Positions 54,901 through 64,000 of a DNA stretch of 64,000 nucleotides are shown here, in pieces (position 1 is the first letter of the stretch; every line of letters begins with the position of its first letter). A program made the position numbers and the translations under genes. The stretch covers positions 2,108,001 through 2,172,000 of the forward strand of contig CM082598.2 in NCBI GenBank assembly GCA_040954595.2. The letters are read 5' to 3'. Under the pieces are notes generated by a model. The model searched no databases. It was given only the letters and a program-made list of their open reading frames with translations, and was not told where the DNA came from. Source of the DNA: Balanoglossus misakiensis (lineage: Eukaryota; Animalia; Hemichordata).

Positions 54901-57900
54901 GTATACTCATGCATAAAATATGTTACATATTGTACCAACAATAAATGAGTTGCAACCTAAATATGGTCGCTGATGAGCAGACATACTATCCTAACGCAAG
55001 CTATTAGAATGTATTTAAACATGAGAGACGCGGCTATAAACTTATATTACTAAGATAACAGTCACAGGGGTTTGTTTTTACATAATTGTGAAGTCCTAGA
55101 GCATGTTTTAAAAGGCAATTAAAGAGTGTCAGTTAAAACTTTGAAATATTTATGTCGACACGACTGGCTAGCTCTAAAATGGCATGTTGACGCAGATACT
55201 GCTGAAATTGCTTCATAGCGAGAGTTTAAAGACAGCCAATGCAAACAGAGTGACACTTTTATGCAAAGCAAACCTTGAATAGATGCGGGTAATACCGTCA
55301 TAACACCTTTTAATAGCATATCGCTGTAACTATAGTCTACATATGACAGGTCGGTAAAAAGCGAAATACTAAAAGAACAGTGTGCCTCTTACACGACATC
55401 ATATCTTGGTCATAAATTTCGCCTACTGCTAAGATTTATGTCACGTCAGTAACCGGGGAGTCCTTTGATGTGGTTAAGATTTGTATTTCAGGGAAGAAGT
55501 GTGTTCCTTTGAAAACGATGATGCAGCAAATCTGGCTTACAGGCTTCATGTGATGAAGGAATTTATCCTGGGAAAAACATACAGCTGGGAATAGACATCG
55601 GATATTCCGCGGAGTTAGTGCTTTTTGTCAATCCCAAAGAGAATAGCTGAAGAGGGTTTGTAATCAATCACATTGAGTCATCAATGCAAAAAACTGAAGC
55701 TTTGAAAGAATAAAACCAATGCACAGTTATCAGCTAGCCAAGAGATTTTCAGAATGCATAATTGTGGTTGTTTTGGCTGACTTTATCTGATGATGTCCGT
55801 CTATTTGTGGAAGCAAAAAACTGTTAAGAGATTCATGAATACAGGTGCTAGTAGTAAGTTTTTCACGGATTACTTAGAATACGTCGGAGAATCTTCCAAC
55901 TTAGGCTAATATAAACGATGAACAAAGGCGTCAATATTTTCAGCAATACTTATTATGAATTGTAACAAGGGATAGTGAGTGATGAAAATATCGATTAGAG
56001 AGTCTGTAATGGAGTCGATAGCAGCTCTGCCAAATGTACAAGGAAGCCAGTCTTTCTTGAGAAATCATATATGTTTGCGACTGTACGTGATATGCCGGCA
56101 TCATTATAGTTGTGGAATCAATATTTTCACAATCTGTTTGCCTCCCGTTGACAAGTCATAAGGAAGGACAGCAGGACTTATGGTCTTCTAATTTTCTCTG
56201 CTATGCTTGGGGGGTTTCACTGAAATAGTCTTTCTCCAGCCATGCTAAATACAGTAGCATTTTAATCACTTGTTTAGGGGGATATTCCGCTGTGTATCAT
56301 ACAAAGTTGACAATAAGGTACTATTGTATTGTATCCTAGTTCAACACGCGTTAAGTATGTAAGTGCTACATTGACACAAAACTGTACTTTGTGCTAAATG
56401 ATGTGATGATAATTATATAATACATGTTATACTTTACGGCAGGATATTGGCATTGCTAAGAGTTGTGCCTGAATTAGTTACACCATTTTCAAACTGGTAT
56501 ACAATGGGTAATTGTGTTTCCTAGGTAATTGTTATTTCACAAAGATTATTAAAAGCTCACAATTACGTTTAGTAATTCTTGCAAAGCTATGGGTGACATT
56601 TCGTTATGGATTCAATAATAAGTCGCTGGTTGACCAGGAAAATTGCTATATCGGTGAAATGCTCTGAATGAAGCCAGTCTGATTAAACCATTCAGGACTC
56701 GGTGTGTGCAACCGACCCATGGGTGATTAACTCCCAAAGGCCGGGAAATCGCCGCACTTGGTTCGCCCAGGCACTTATAACAGGGGACATGAAACTCTAA
56801 TGAAGTCGTGAAACTCTGACAATACATCATGTCGATACTTTGAGCTTCAAGGCTCCGACCTTTACGATATCTCGTATCAGAAGTCAAATCAATCACTGTG
56901 ATCACGCAGTTTTTTTCACGGTGCTGAACAATGACAACAGCGAACAAAAGAGTATGTACGTATGTTTACGTACGTGATGAATTAGCAATAAAGAATTTAA
57001 ACACTGCCTTCTTTTTTGAAGGTGCAGTGAGCTTGTCATGCTATACGTGCCTAAAACAAAACTGAGCGTTTGGAAGGCCTCGTACTACCTCAATCTAGAA
57101 TTTAATAGCCGGTAATATTACTTGTTACAAAGTCACACGTTCATCTTATATTGGCCACTGGTTCCAAGAAACTTTCTAGAATTTAGGTAAATATAGTCTC
57201 TCCTATAATAATGGTAGAGGGAAAATGTTTCAGTAACTGTCTATTCGTCAAACAGGAAATGAAACTGTGAACAGCTTTTTGGACATGTTATCATCATTCA
57301 CGACAACTTTGTCACAAAACGGTGCTAAAAGCAAAATGTCTCATTACAGTTCTTATGTACTTATCTGTATTTATCTTTGTCAATTATTGAAGTCCTCTGT
57401 ATTTAAAGCCTTTACACACTACGTTTGGATTGTAAATTGTATTGTTGTTTTCAATGAACTGTGCCACCGAAAACGCACGGAATCGCTTGTGCGTTTACCT
57501 GAATTGTAATATTTTGCGAATCTGTACAGAATATTCTCTGAAGTGTCTGTCTTTGACATTGAAAATAACAGTGCTCTACATTTCAGGGATATAACTCAAA
57601 CAAAAGTAAGCCACAGTTGATGATATTAATGTGACACACTCGTTTTCTTTCTTGTTATCTGCAGGTCAAATACGCAACGGTGTGTCAAGTGTACTTAAAT
57701 TGCTTGGACAAGTGCGAACAAGCGTCTTTAATGTGTTGGATTGAAGTTGGGAATCTACACATGTAATCCATACTTGCTCGATGGCATTTATCAGAATAAA
57801 GAGATGGCGAAGAAAATCAGAGAAATCCACATGTATGGCCATGAGATGTGTGTTAACATTGAAAGGTGAGTCACTAGAAGTATACTTTTGCAGCTTAGGC

Positions 57901-58604
57901 CTCTCACGCAAATGTTTATCACCATACATTGCCAGCGTAAAATTACCTAAGTAGTGTGAGGAAACTTACTCCCTGGACATTAACCATCCAATCATTTACC
58001 AAAGATCAATTGGGGTAAATGATAGGAATGCAGTTAATTTGTCCTGGGAGTAAAGGTCCAGGAAATATTTTCCTGGTCCTTGATTAACCGTTTCACCCCC
58101 AGTTCTCTCTGTAGAGGTCCAATCTTGCCATAGAAAACAATGGTGGTGAAAGGGTTAACTTACAGTAGCACTGGCATGTTTCGCTATGTCCTTTCACAAC
58201 GGCAAAGTCTCAGAAGTATGTACTTGTAGATGTCTTCCGTTGGTCTGAAATCCACTTACCGTTGAATACTCATTGCGTTCTGTCGATGACACGTCTGATG
58301 TTGCGGCCGATAGACTAGGCAGAACAGACGTGCCAATGTCATTACGTGTGGTTAAGCCTTCAGTATTTTGTGCACTTTCAGTTGTTTTGTGTTCGGTACT
58401 TAATTTGGGTGAGGTATATTCTAAAGTCGTTGTTAACGATTCTGTCGTCAACTGAACAGTACTAACAGCCACGTTATCTGTGGATTTACTAACCGTGTCC
58501 GGGGTCGTTTGTCCTCCTCCCGTCATACCCCCAAGCTTGCCATCTCCTCGAAAAACGAGCGTCAAGATCAGCAGTGTAGCTACGGCGACCGCGTCGCTTC
58601 CCAT
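40133..58604 (-). CDS. Adhesion G protein-coupled receptor (family B2; latrophilin/ADGRD-like 7TM), 20 coding exons, 2748 nt, 915 aa
   Basis: Manually spliced exons (- strand): 58604-58260, 49440-49362, 48517-48422, 47501-47395, 46774-46574, 46349-46287, 45819-45699, 45578-45438, 45308-45215, 45039-44878, 44290-44158, 43959-43856, 43438-43336, 43095-42942, 42671-42605, 42397-42239, 41770-41644, 41319-41182, 40819-40664, 40330-40133. All introns are GT-AG, phases match and the frame is open. Contains HRM, GPS (CVYW...W...GC...[13 protein letters not shown]) and secretin-like 7TM motifs ([52 protein letters not shown]). Confidence 0.93.
40664..40819 (-). CDS. aGPCR exon 19 (Ser/Thr-rich cytoplasmic tail)
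   Basis: tcgttcag|[52 protein letters not shown]|gtatgt; phase 0 to 0. Confidence 0.8.
41182..41319 (-). CDS. aGPCR exon 18 (TM7, helix 8)
   Basis: tgttattag|[46 protein letters not shown]|gtacgt; phase 0 to 0. Confidence 0.92.
41644..41770 (-). CDS. aGPCR exon 17 (TM6, start of TM7)
   Basis: ctgtccag|[42 protein letters not shown]|gtgaga; phase 2 to 0. Confidence 0.95.
42239..42397 (-). CDS. aGPCR exon 16 (ECL2/TM5/ICL3)
   Basis: gttttacag|[36 protein letters not shown]...LTNL|gtaggt; phase 2 to 2. Confidence 0.94.
42605..42671 (-). CDS. aGPCR exon 15 (TM4/ECL2)
   Basis: tttgttgacag|(V)[21 protein letters not shown]|gtgagt; phase 1 to 2. Confidence 0.9.
42782..42930. repeat. (GAT)n trinucleotide microsatellite in aGPCR intron 14
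   Basis: Directly visible; starts ~11 nt into the intron from the exon 14 donor; source of the poly-Met and poly-Ile ORFs. Confidence 0.98.
42942..43095 (-). CDS. aGPCR exon 14 (TM3/ICL2)
   Basis: tgctttag|[51 protein letters not shown]|gtaaga; phase 0 to 1. Confidence 0.95.
43336..43438 (-). CDS. aGPCR exon 13 (ICL1/TM2)
   Basis: gcgtttctag|[34 protein letters not shown]|gtatag; phase 2 to 0. Confidence 0.93.
43856..43959 (-). CDS. aGPCR exon 12 (TM1)
   Basis: ttttccag|[34 protein letters not shown]|gtatgc; phase 0 to 2. Confidence 0.93.
44158..44290 (-). CDS. aGPCR exon 11 (GPS autoproteolysis site and Stachel)
   Basis: tttccacag|[44 protein letters not shown]|gtaagt; phase 2 to 0. Confidence 0.95.
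44659..44836. mobile_element. MITE with TA target-site duplication (Tc1/mariner/pogo-type non-autonomous element) in aGPCR intron 10
   Basis: TA|CAGTAAAACCTGTCTAAACCGAACAC ... GTGTTCAGTTTAGACAGGTTTTATTG|TA; 26-bp TIRs matching at 24/26; second copy at the window end. Confidence 0.85.
44878..45039 (-). CDS. aGPCR exon 10 (GAIN, start of GPS)
   Basis: ctgacatag|[20 protein letters not shown]...PIEITLHH...[11 protein letters not shown]|gtaagc; typical LNS.IISAS and P.CVYW motifs; phase 2 to 2. Confidence 0.92.
45215..45308 (-). CDS. aGPCR exon 9 (GAIN)
   Basis: cgatttcag|(D)[30 protein letters not shown]|gtgagt; phase 1 to 2. Confidence 0.85.
45438..45578 (-). CDS. aGPCR exon 8 (GAIN subdomain B)
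   Basis: ttcatgacag|(Y)[18 protein letters not shown]...[11 protein letters not shown]|gtaatg; phase 1 to 1. Confidence 0.85.
45699..45819 (-). CDS. aGPCR exon 7 (GAIN)
   Basis: ttcccttgcag|[23 protein letters not shown]...FPHNNI|gtaagt; phase 0 to 1. Confidence 0.85.
46287..46349 (-). CDS. aGPCR exon 6 (GAIN)
   Basis: cttattccag|[21 protein letters not shown]|gtaagt; GAIN-A 'S.LLD...W..L' motif; phase 0 to 0. Confidence 0.87.
46574..46774 (-). CDS. aGPCR exon 5 (GAIN subdomain A)
   Basis: ttgtaacag|[26 protein letters not shown]...ELFQLFFQ|gtaaga; 67 codons, phase 0 to 0. Confidence 0.85.
47395..47501 (-). CDS. aGPCR exon 4 (HRM domain, second half)
   Basis: aacttcag|(D)[35 protein letters not shown]|gtaagt; A.R.C...W..PD..NC signature; phase 1 to 0. 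Confidence 0.9.
48422..48517 (-). CDS. aGPCR exon 3 (HRM domain, first half)
   Basis: tcttttcag|(E)[31 protein letters not shown]|gtactg; HRM signature C...WP.T..G......C; phase 1 to 1. Confidence 0.88.
49000..49249. repeat. Compound microsatellite (CCAT)-(CATT)n-(CACT)n-(CATT)n in aGPCR intron 2
   Basis: Directly visible. Confidence 0.98.
49362..49440 (-). CDS. aGPCR exon 2 (Thr/Pro-rich stalk)
   Basis: ttttctcttgacag|[26 protein letters not shown]|gtacat; phase 0 to 1. Confidence 0.78.
58088..58154. mobile_element. Short TTAA-flanked MITE, copy 2 (internally shorter), in aGPCR intron 1
   Basis: TTAA|CCGTTTCACC ... GGTGAAAGGG|TTAA with intact TTAA duplication; same internal sequence as 38634-38718. 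Confidence 0.75.
58260..58604 (-). CDS. aGPCR exon 1: signal peptide plus Ser/Thr-rich mucin-like stalk
   Basis: [22 protein letters not shown]... followed by a T/S/E-rich stretch. Ends ACG|GTAAGT, phase 0, matching exon 2. Linkage across the 8.8-kb intron is inferred from phase and composition. Confidence 0.8.
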
Positions 58605-58680
58605 CCTCACTCCAGGCTGCACGCCACGGAAATCCAAACGTACGTGTGGGTCCAGTTAACGACTCCCAAGTTCTCCGAAC

Positions 58681-58697
58681 CCGTTGCCTGGCAACGG
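58681..58697. promoter_or_regulatory. RFX X-box upstream of the aGPCR start codon
   Basis: CCGTTGCC-T-GGCAACGG is a perfect inverted repeat around one base. Its core GTTGCCTGGCAAC fits the RFX consensus GTNRCC(N0-3)RGYAAC, ~80 nt upstream of ATG 58604. Confidence 0.6.
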
Positions 58698-61600
58698 TAG
58701 TTCCAGGAATGATATGCAGGTGCGAAGGACAGTAAATTTTCCCCGGCCGATTTTGTAAAGGCGCGACAGAACGTTTGATGTAAATCACACAACGCAAGTT
58801 GGACTGCACAATATAGGGAAGTTCCATCTGAAACCACGCAACATGATATAACACAGATGACAGACTCCCACAGTCAACCTTGCTTATTTTAAACAGGAAG
58901 AAGCGTACACCGCATGCGCGAGGTTTGTCAAAACTCCATTTAAGCGTGAGAGAATAATATTACTGATTTTGGGATTATTATAATGTGGCAGCAATTATTG
59001 GTTACTAACGATACCAACTGCTACCGCCTTCAATGTTTGGGAACCACCTACAGCTGCCCGCGAGTGGCCGCTGCTTCACAGCGCAAATATCCTGTGAAGC
59101 GAAGCCGTGAAAAATTGCAACTGTCCATACCGTGACGCCCGCAAAAGGATGACAGGGATTATGAGAAACAGACAGCGATTGAATGTACATTCTTTATGAA
59201 CTCTGACGTTTACACCACGTCACTTGCGTAATTTGAACTGTTCCAAAACCGTGCACTTAACTCAGAAACCCTATTATTCAAATACCTTAATTACTCTCCG
59301 TCTTCCAAGTACATGTACTGTCAAGGTGGCGTTGCATGTAACCTGCACGATTTTTCCAATGTCATTTCTCTCATAAAAGACTACGGAACCCCCCACAAAC
59401 CAAGCATTTTCATTAAGCTAAGTATCTGAACTCGAAACAAAAAAACAGATGAGCTTTTTGTGTAAATTTTTATATGTCACTCAAAGCGATTAAATTCGGA
59501 ATAGCCTGTCACTTTTTTTGAAAATTCATATTCAGCAAATGATTTTTCGTTCTTTGTAGACCACGCTTGAAATATTGGCTTTTAAAATTGATGAAACCTA
59601 CACTAGGAAAGCAACAGACATATTTGAAGTTTATGAGTACTTTATCAAAAAACTATGCTTTTATAATAATGTTAATAGTGATGAACGTTATAAATTGTAC
59701 GAGAATAGACATAAAAGCATTGCTTCTTACATATAAAAATATAACATTTAAACAAATACAATAAATCATCACCAGTATTATTCTTTGTTTGCTTTCAGGA
59801 AGCCATCATTTACAAAATTCATTTTTCAGTATTCAATGTAGTATTTTTAGATACACCTAAACAGGAAATTAGATCAGTGTTTAACAGCAAATTACTCCGG
59901 TGAAATATTCCACCCGCAGAAAAATGTTGTTTGTATGTAGGCTACATGAAATTTTATACTGTGTATGTAACTTGTAGGATATAAGCTTATCTAGACTCGC
60001 TTTCCCTAAACGCTTTCACTAAATCGAGTCTTTACTAGAAAACGATTTGTCTTCAAATTTCACACTTTCAAGATGTTTATCTGATACTGACAATGAGTTG
60101 GCTCTAGTTTTAAATGGCGACAGTCTGCATATCTCTGTCGTTTGGTTGCTTAATGTTTTCTGACTTCATTATTTTCATTACTATGCACCATAGGTCTGTA
60201 AGTTGATTCGTTTATATCAGTCAACGTACTTGTAGATCAGATGTCAATCGTGTCTTTAACTTCAGACACCTTTCACTATAATGCACACACATAGTGACCA
60301 AAAACCATGCCAGAACTTTACTTAAATCACTTCTGGAAACGAAATCAACTTCTTAGGAAACCTAACAACTCACAAAGACTGCCGGTGATCTCGTTATATG
60401 TGATGAAAGACATTGAGATGCTGATGGGGTCTTTAATGTTTGGTGGTTGATGACGTTAAGAACAAAATCACAGTCTGTGTGTCATTTCTAATTTTCCATA
60501 AAAGTTAAAAATGCAAACAAAGTACTTGACCCTGGTGTCATAGAAGCTAGCCTGTAAGTGTTTTTAAAAAGGCATTTGCCAAGGTAAGAGTACGAGAGGG
60601 AAAGTGGAGAGTTAGGAGGTTTATTCAATGTGACATTTATTTGATTTTGTTGTTGTCGCAAAAATAAGATATACAAACAATGCAAGTGCAACAAAGTGCA
60701 TTTAAAATGTCGTGTGAAGTATAATGGTCAGATAAATCGTCAGGGTTTTTGAAACCTGTTCTTTTAAACTTATTATTCAAGCCACGGCGAAACACTATAA
60801 AATGACTACGCAGGCCGAGACACGTGACCCGGCCAGATTCGTTCATGTACATGTAGCACTGAGTAAAAAGAATTTCCGGAGGCAAGAGTTTCAAAGACGT
60901 TTCTGTTCTTGCACGTCACTCAAAGTGACGATCTGATGATAGAAATCCCAATGGGAATCAAGAAGCCTGCCTGCACCTGTAACCTTGGCAAGCCTGAACA
61001 TGATGTTAGTAATGGAGAGAGTGTATACTCTGTTATATCATTAAATATATACCCTGAAGCTTGGCTTGTGCAACTACCAACAGACACCATGTCCAAATTT
61101 GTTCTAAAGGCTATAAATTTGCCTAAATCCATATCAAGCACACATAATTCAGATGGTGTTATTCATCTTCCCACTAATATGACAAAATTTCACGATGACA
61201 AACAATCAAAAACATCTTCCATTCGAAGGCCAGTATATATGAGATTATTGCCAACGGTAAAGTCAACATGCGATCGCGCAAATCGTAGCTGACACCCACG
61301 ATAACAAGATTTCGGAAAACTCGTGCAAAACTAATTCTGACGAAGATTCATTAAATTACTCCATGAAACAGACAATTGCAGACGCGATACCAATTACCTG
61401 TATACAGTCGCGGTTTTTGACATTGTTTTGGGCTGACTGTGTAAACACAATACATGTCAAAATACATACTAGTTACTTTGTGACGCCAAGGTAAAATCGT
61501 TGGCGAAGGGCAAAAAGTCAACGAGACACACTGTCTGTCTTCGTGTTTGACGTCACTGACGCTGATGTGTCTAATGAAATACTAGGCGCTCTATTCCCGA

Positions 61601-63863
61601 CTGTCGTGGAAACGAACTTCACCTATAGCAGCTGATGCAGGTTTCTAGTTTTATGAAAAGCATACTGATCTATTTTTACCCCCTTTACTGAAAGGTAGAT
61701 GGACAGCTGTGTTGAGGAGGAAACCTCAGCACTGGCTGTTCCCTGGCATTTTATCTCGCTTTCCATTAAGGTATTGGAAATGAAAAGAAGCCAAGCTAGG
61801 CCGTATAGACCTGCACTTCATTTTTACAAAAAGCATGTCAATCAAAGTTTGTTTACATGTACTTTCAACTGAACAATATGGTGACCGTGATATGTTGAGG
61901 AACAAAGGCATCTGAATAACATCTGTCAGTTAGCCCTGAGAAACAAATAGTCAGGTACCAATAAAAGGATTCCGGTACCTTAATTGATGTATGCTTCAGG
62001 AAGATATTGCCTCATTAGCACTAAGCTATAAAACATGGTATTTGTATCAGGGTATCCAAAAGTACAGGGATTAAAATCGCTTGTCTCGTATAATTTAGAT
62101 GGTAGTAGGATATATGGCTCAGAAACTAGTTATAAAGTAATTAAAAGGAAATCATTAAAATGTAGTTTCTGAACAGAGGGTTGCTGTTTGTAGTTCAACA
62201 TACTGAGGTTATTAAAATTGCGTTTGGTTTGACATCCCTCATAGCTGTTAAACTGAAGCAGAGATGTTGCTATTAGCTGCGAAACTTAGTTCTCGACTTG
62301 CACATAAATCTTATTGACCTTTTCTCCACATTCGGGAATGCTTGCTAGCACAGCACTCAACGTGTTTCAATCCCTTTCATATTCCAATCAATGAAAATGA
62401 AAATATATATGAATTTATTTGGCATACGGATGTCTCATTTCAGTGTTTTCTATGGCCAGCTCAGTAATCCAAAAGCTTTGTTGACAATCTGTTATCATTA
62501 ATGTGGACACGGTTGTTCTGATGGCAATTTACTCCTAGACCAATGATGCATTGAATTAAGCTGGTGTCTGTACACCAATCGATCTGCAATGTATGGTACA
62601 TATATTCAGTTTTGGGGAGATCTACAAGCTCACGTCATGGTGGGTATAAATTTTCCAAGTTGAAACGTAAACGGAAGTCTTTGAAATATACATGGGTTTT
62701 CTTGTGAAAGTGAAGAATGAGGATGTTAAAAATGTTGCTGATTCTAAAATGTACATGTAGCATGGTGAATTTTCCTGAAGAGTTTTGGTGATGGTCCCAT
62801 TGAGATGTACATGTCAACATTTATTATATAGCGCATGAAATATTTCACTTTAACACTTTAGGTGGGCATTATGTCTTTTGCATGCTTCATCTTGAAGGAG
62901 GCCATCAGATAGTTAATGAAAAGAAAGCAAGTACTTCCACATACTTTTGACTAGTATGCTGAAAGCAGGCAATACTCTGGGGACGAGGAAAGTGGTATGC
63001 TTTTTAACCTTAAATAGTAAATAACGAGTTTGGAGATGATGTTTTGGATCCCAGTACATCTGTTATGTCTTTAGAAGTGTTTTCCTGGATTTGATATTTC
63101 TTGTACAAGTTTCTTCAAAAGAGTTACTTATTATTACCCTTACAATGATTTTAAAAAACGTGTAATGAAAGCGTGACTGAAACATACTGTTTCCTCTTCG
63201 CTGATTCTCTACGCTTGCACGTAACACAGAAATTATTTCGTACTTTTACTGTTACGTAGGAGGGCGATGACCCACTTTGTATTCCGTGAGGCCAAGTAAA
63301 CGTATTTAATACCCTCGTGTATCGCAAACATTAATACTTTGACATGTCGTGACTCGATAAAAGACGGTTTTGATGAGAGAAGCATAACAGCCGATAACGT
63401 TCCGTGTCGACTCACAACCATGTTGCCATCCGGGATTTGTTGATAGTGTGAAAATAGACAGGCAGCGGACTTACGTTTTAATTTAATTGTCTCTGTCACC
63501 TAAGGCATTATTGAAGAAATTAATATTAAATGAGATAGCTACCTTTAAATTAAACAACCAAAAGATATGTAACAATACATTTCAGGCAAAGTTCTAAACC
63601 ACAAAGCCATACTTTATCTTATCTGTGTTCTTTTATGGCTGCATGCCCACTGTGAACAATAAATGGTGGAGTACACACATGTCCTGTAGTAAAATAAGAG
63701 TACTTTGGCTTTTGATTTGTGGCTTTTATGTCACAGTATTGCGAGGATTACTCTTTACTTGTCTGAGTGCAATGCACAGTGAAATAATTTGATACAAGGA
63801 AGAACATGAAAATGTGGAAGATATCTAAGCTGTCTCGTCCTTCCAAAGTTGCATTGTGACATA

Positions 63864-64000
63864 CATAAAAAACATGTCTAAACCAAACCCTGTCTAATCT
63901 GGAAACTGTCTATACTGAACACCTTTTTCCATCCCTTTGACATAGAACCACATGTTAAAAGAACCTCTACAAACCGGACATGTCTGTAAACTGAACAATT
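63864..64000. mobile_element. Second, inverted copy of the 44659-44836 MITE (cut by window edge)
   Basis: TGTCTAATCTGGAAA...TGTCTATAC.GAACACC...ACATAGAACCACATGTT.AAAGAACCT...CCGGACA matches the reverse complement of ~44700-44830. Confidence 0.8.

Noticed and set aside
58530-58545. Possible GC-AG donor (GATG|GCAAGC) just after the aGPCR signal peptide, phase-compatible with exon 3
   Set aside because: The frame continues as a coherent Ser/Thr stalk to a canonical GTAAGT donor; nothing supports use of the non-canonical site.
58605-58637. ORF-track N-terminal extension MDFRGVQPGVR of the aGPCR
   Set aside because: Starts at a TTG; the ATG at 58604 directly precedes the signal peptide.
60909-61292. 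127-aa ORF with a partly open antisense frame
   Set aside because: No ATG start, no recognisable domain and no convincing splice sites.

Overview
Eukaryotic (animal) genomic DNA: AT-rich, intron-containing and microsatellite-rich. It is probably from an invertebrate deuterostome such as a hemichordate, echinoderm or amphioxus relative (inference). Two convergent genes are supported. (1) A neurotrophin (NGF/BDNF/NT-3 family) on the + strand with its whole prepro-protein in one exon (33402-34142, 246 aa). It is preceded by ~33 kb of CpG-rich non-coding DNA holding three candidate alternative promoters/first exons, each ending in an ATG plus 2-3 codons and a phase-0 GT donor that would splice in frame to the coding exon (BDNF/NT-3-like architecture). 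(2) A 20-exon adhesion GPCR on the - strand (58604 to 40133; 915 aa by my manual splicing) with signal peptide, Ser/Thr stalk, HRM, GAIN/GPS (HL|TSFAILM) and 7TM domains, and a near-perfect RFX X-box ~80 bp upstream of its ATG. Also present: several MITE-type elements (TA- and TTAA-flanked), an inverted dispersed repeat with a flipped hairpin loop, compound microsatellites and a possible decayed transposase. Nearly all other ORFs in the track are spurious. No prokaryotic features (CRISPR, rRNA, tRNA) were seen.
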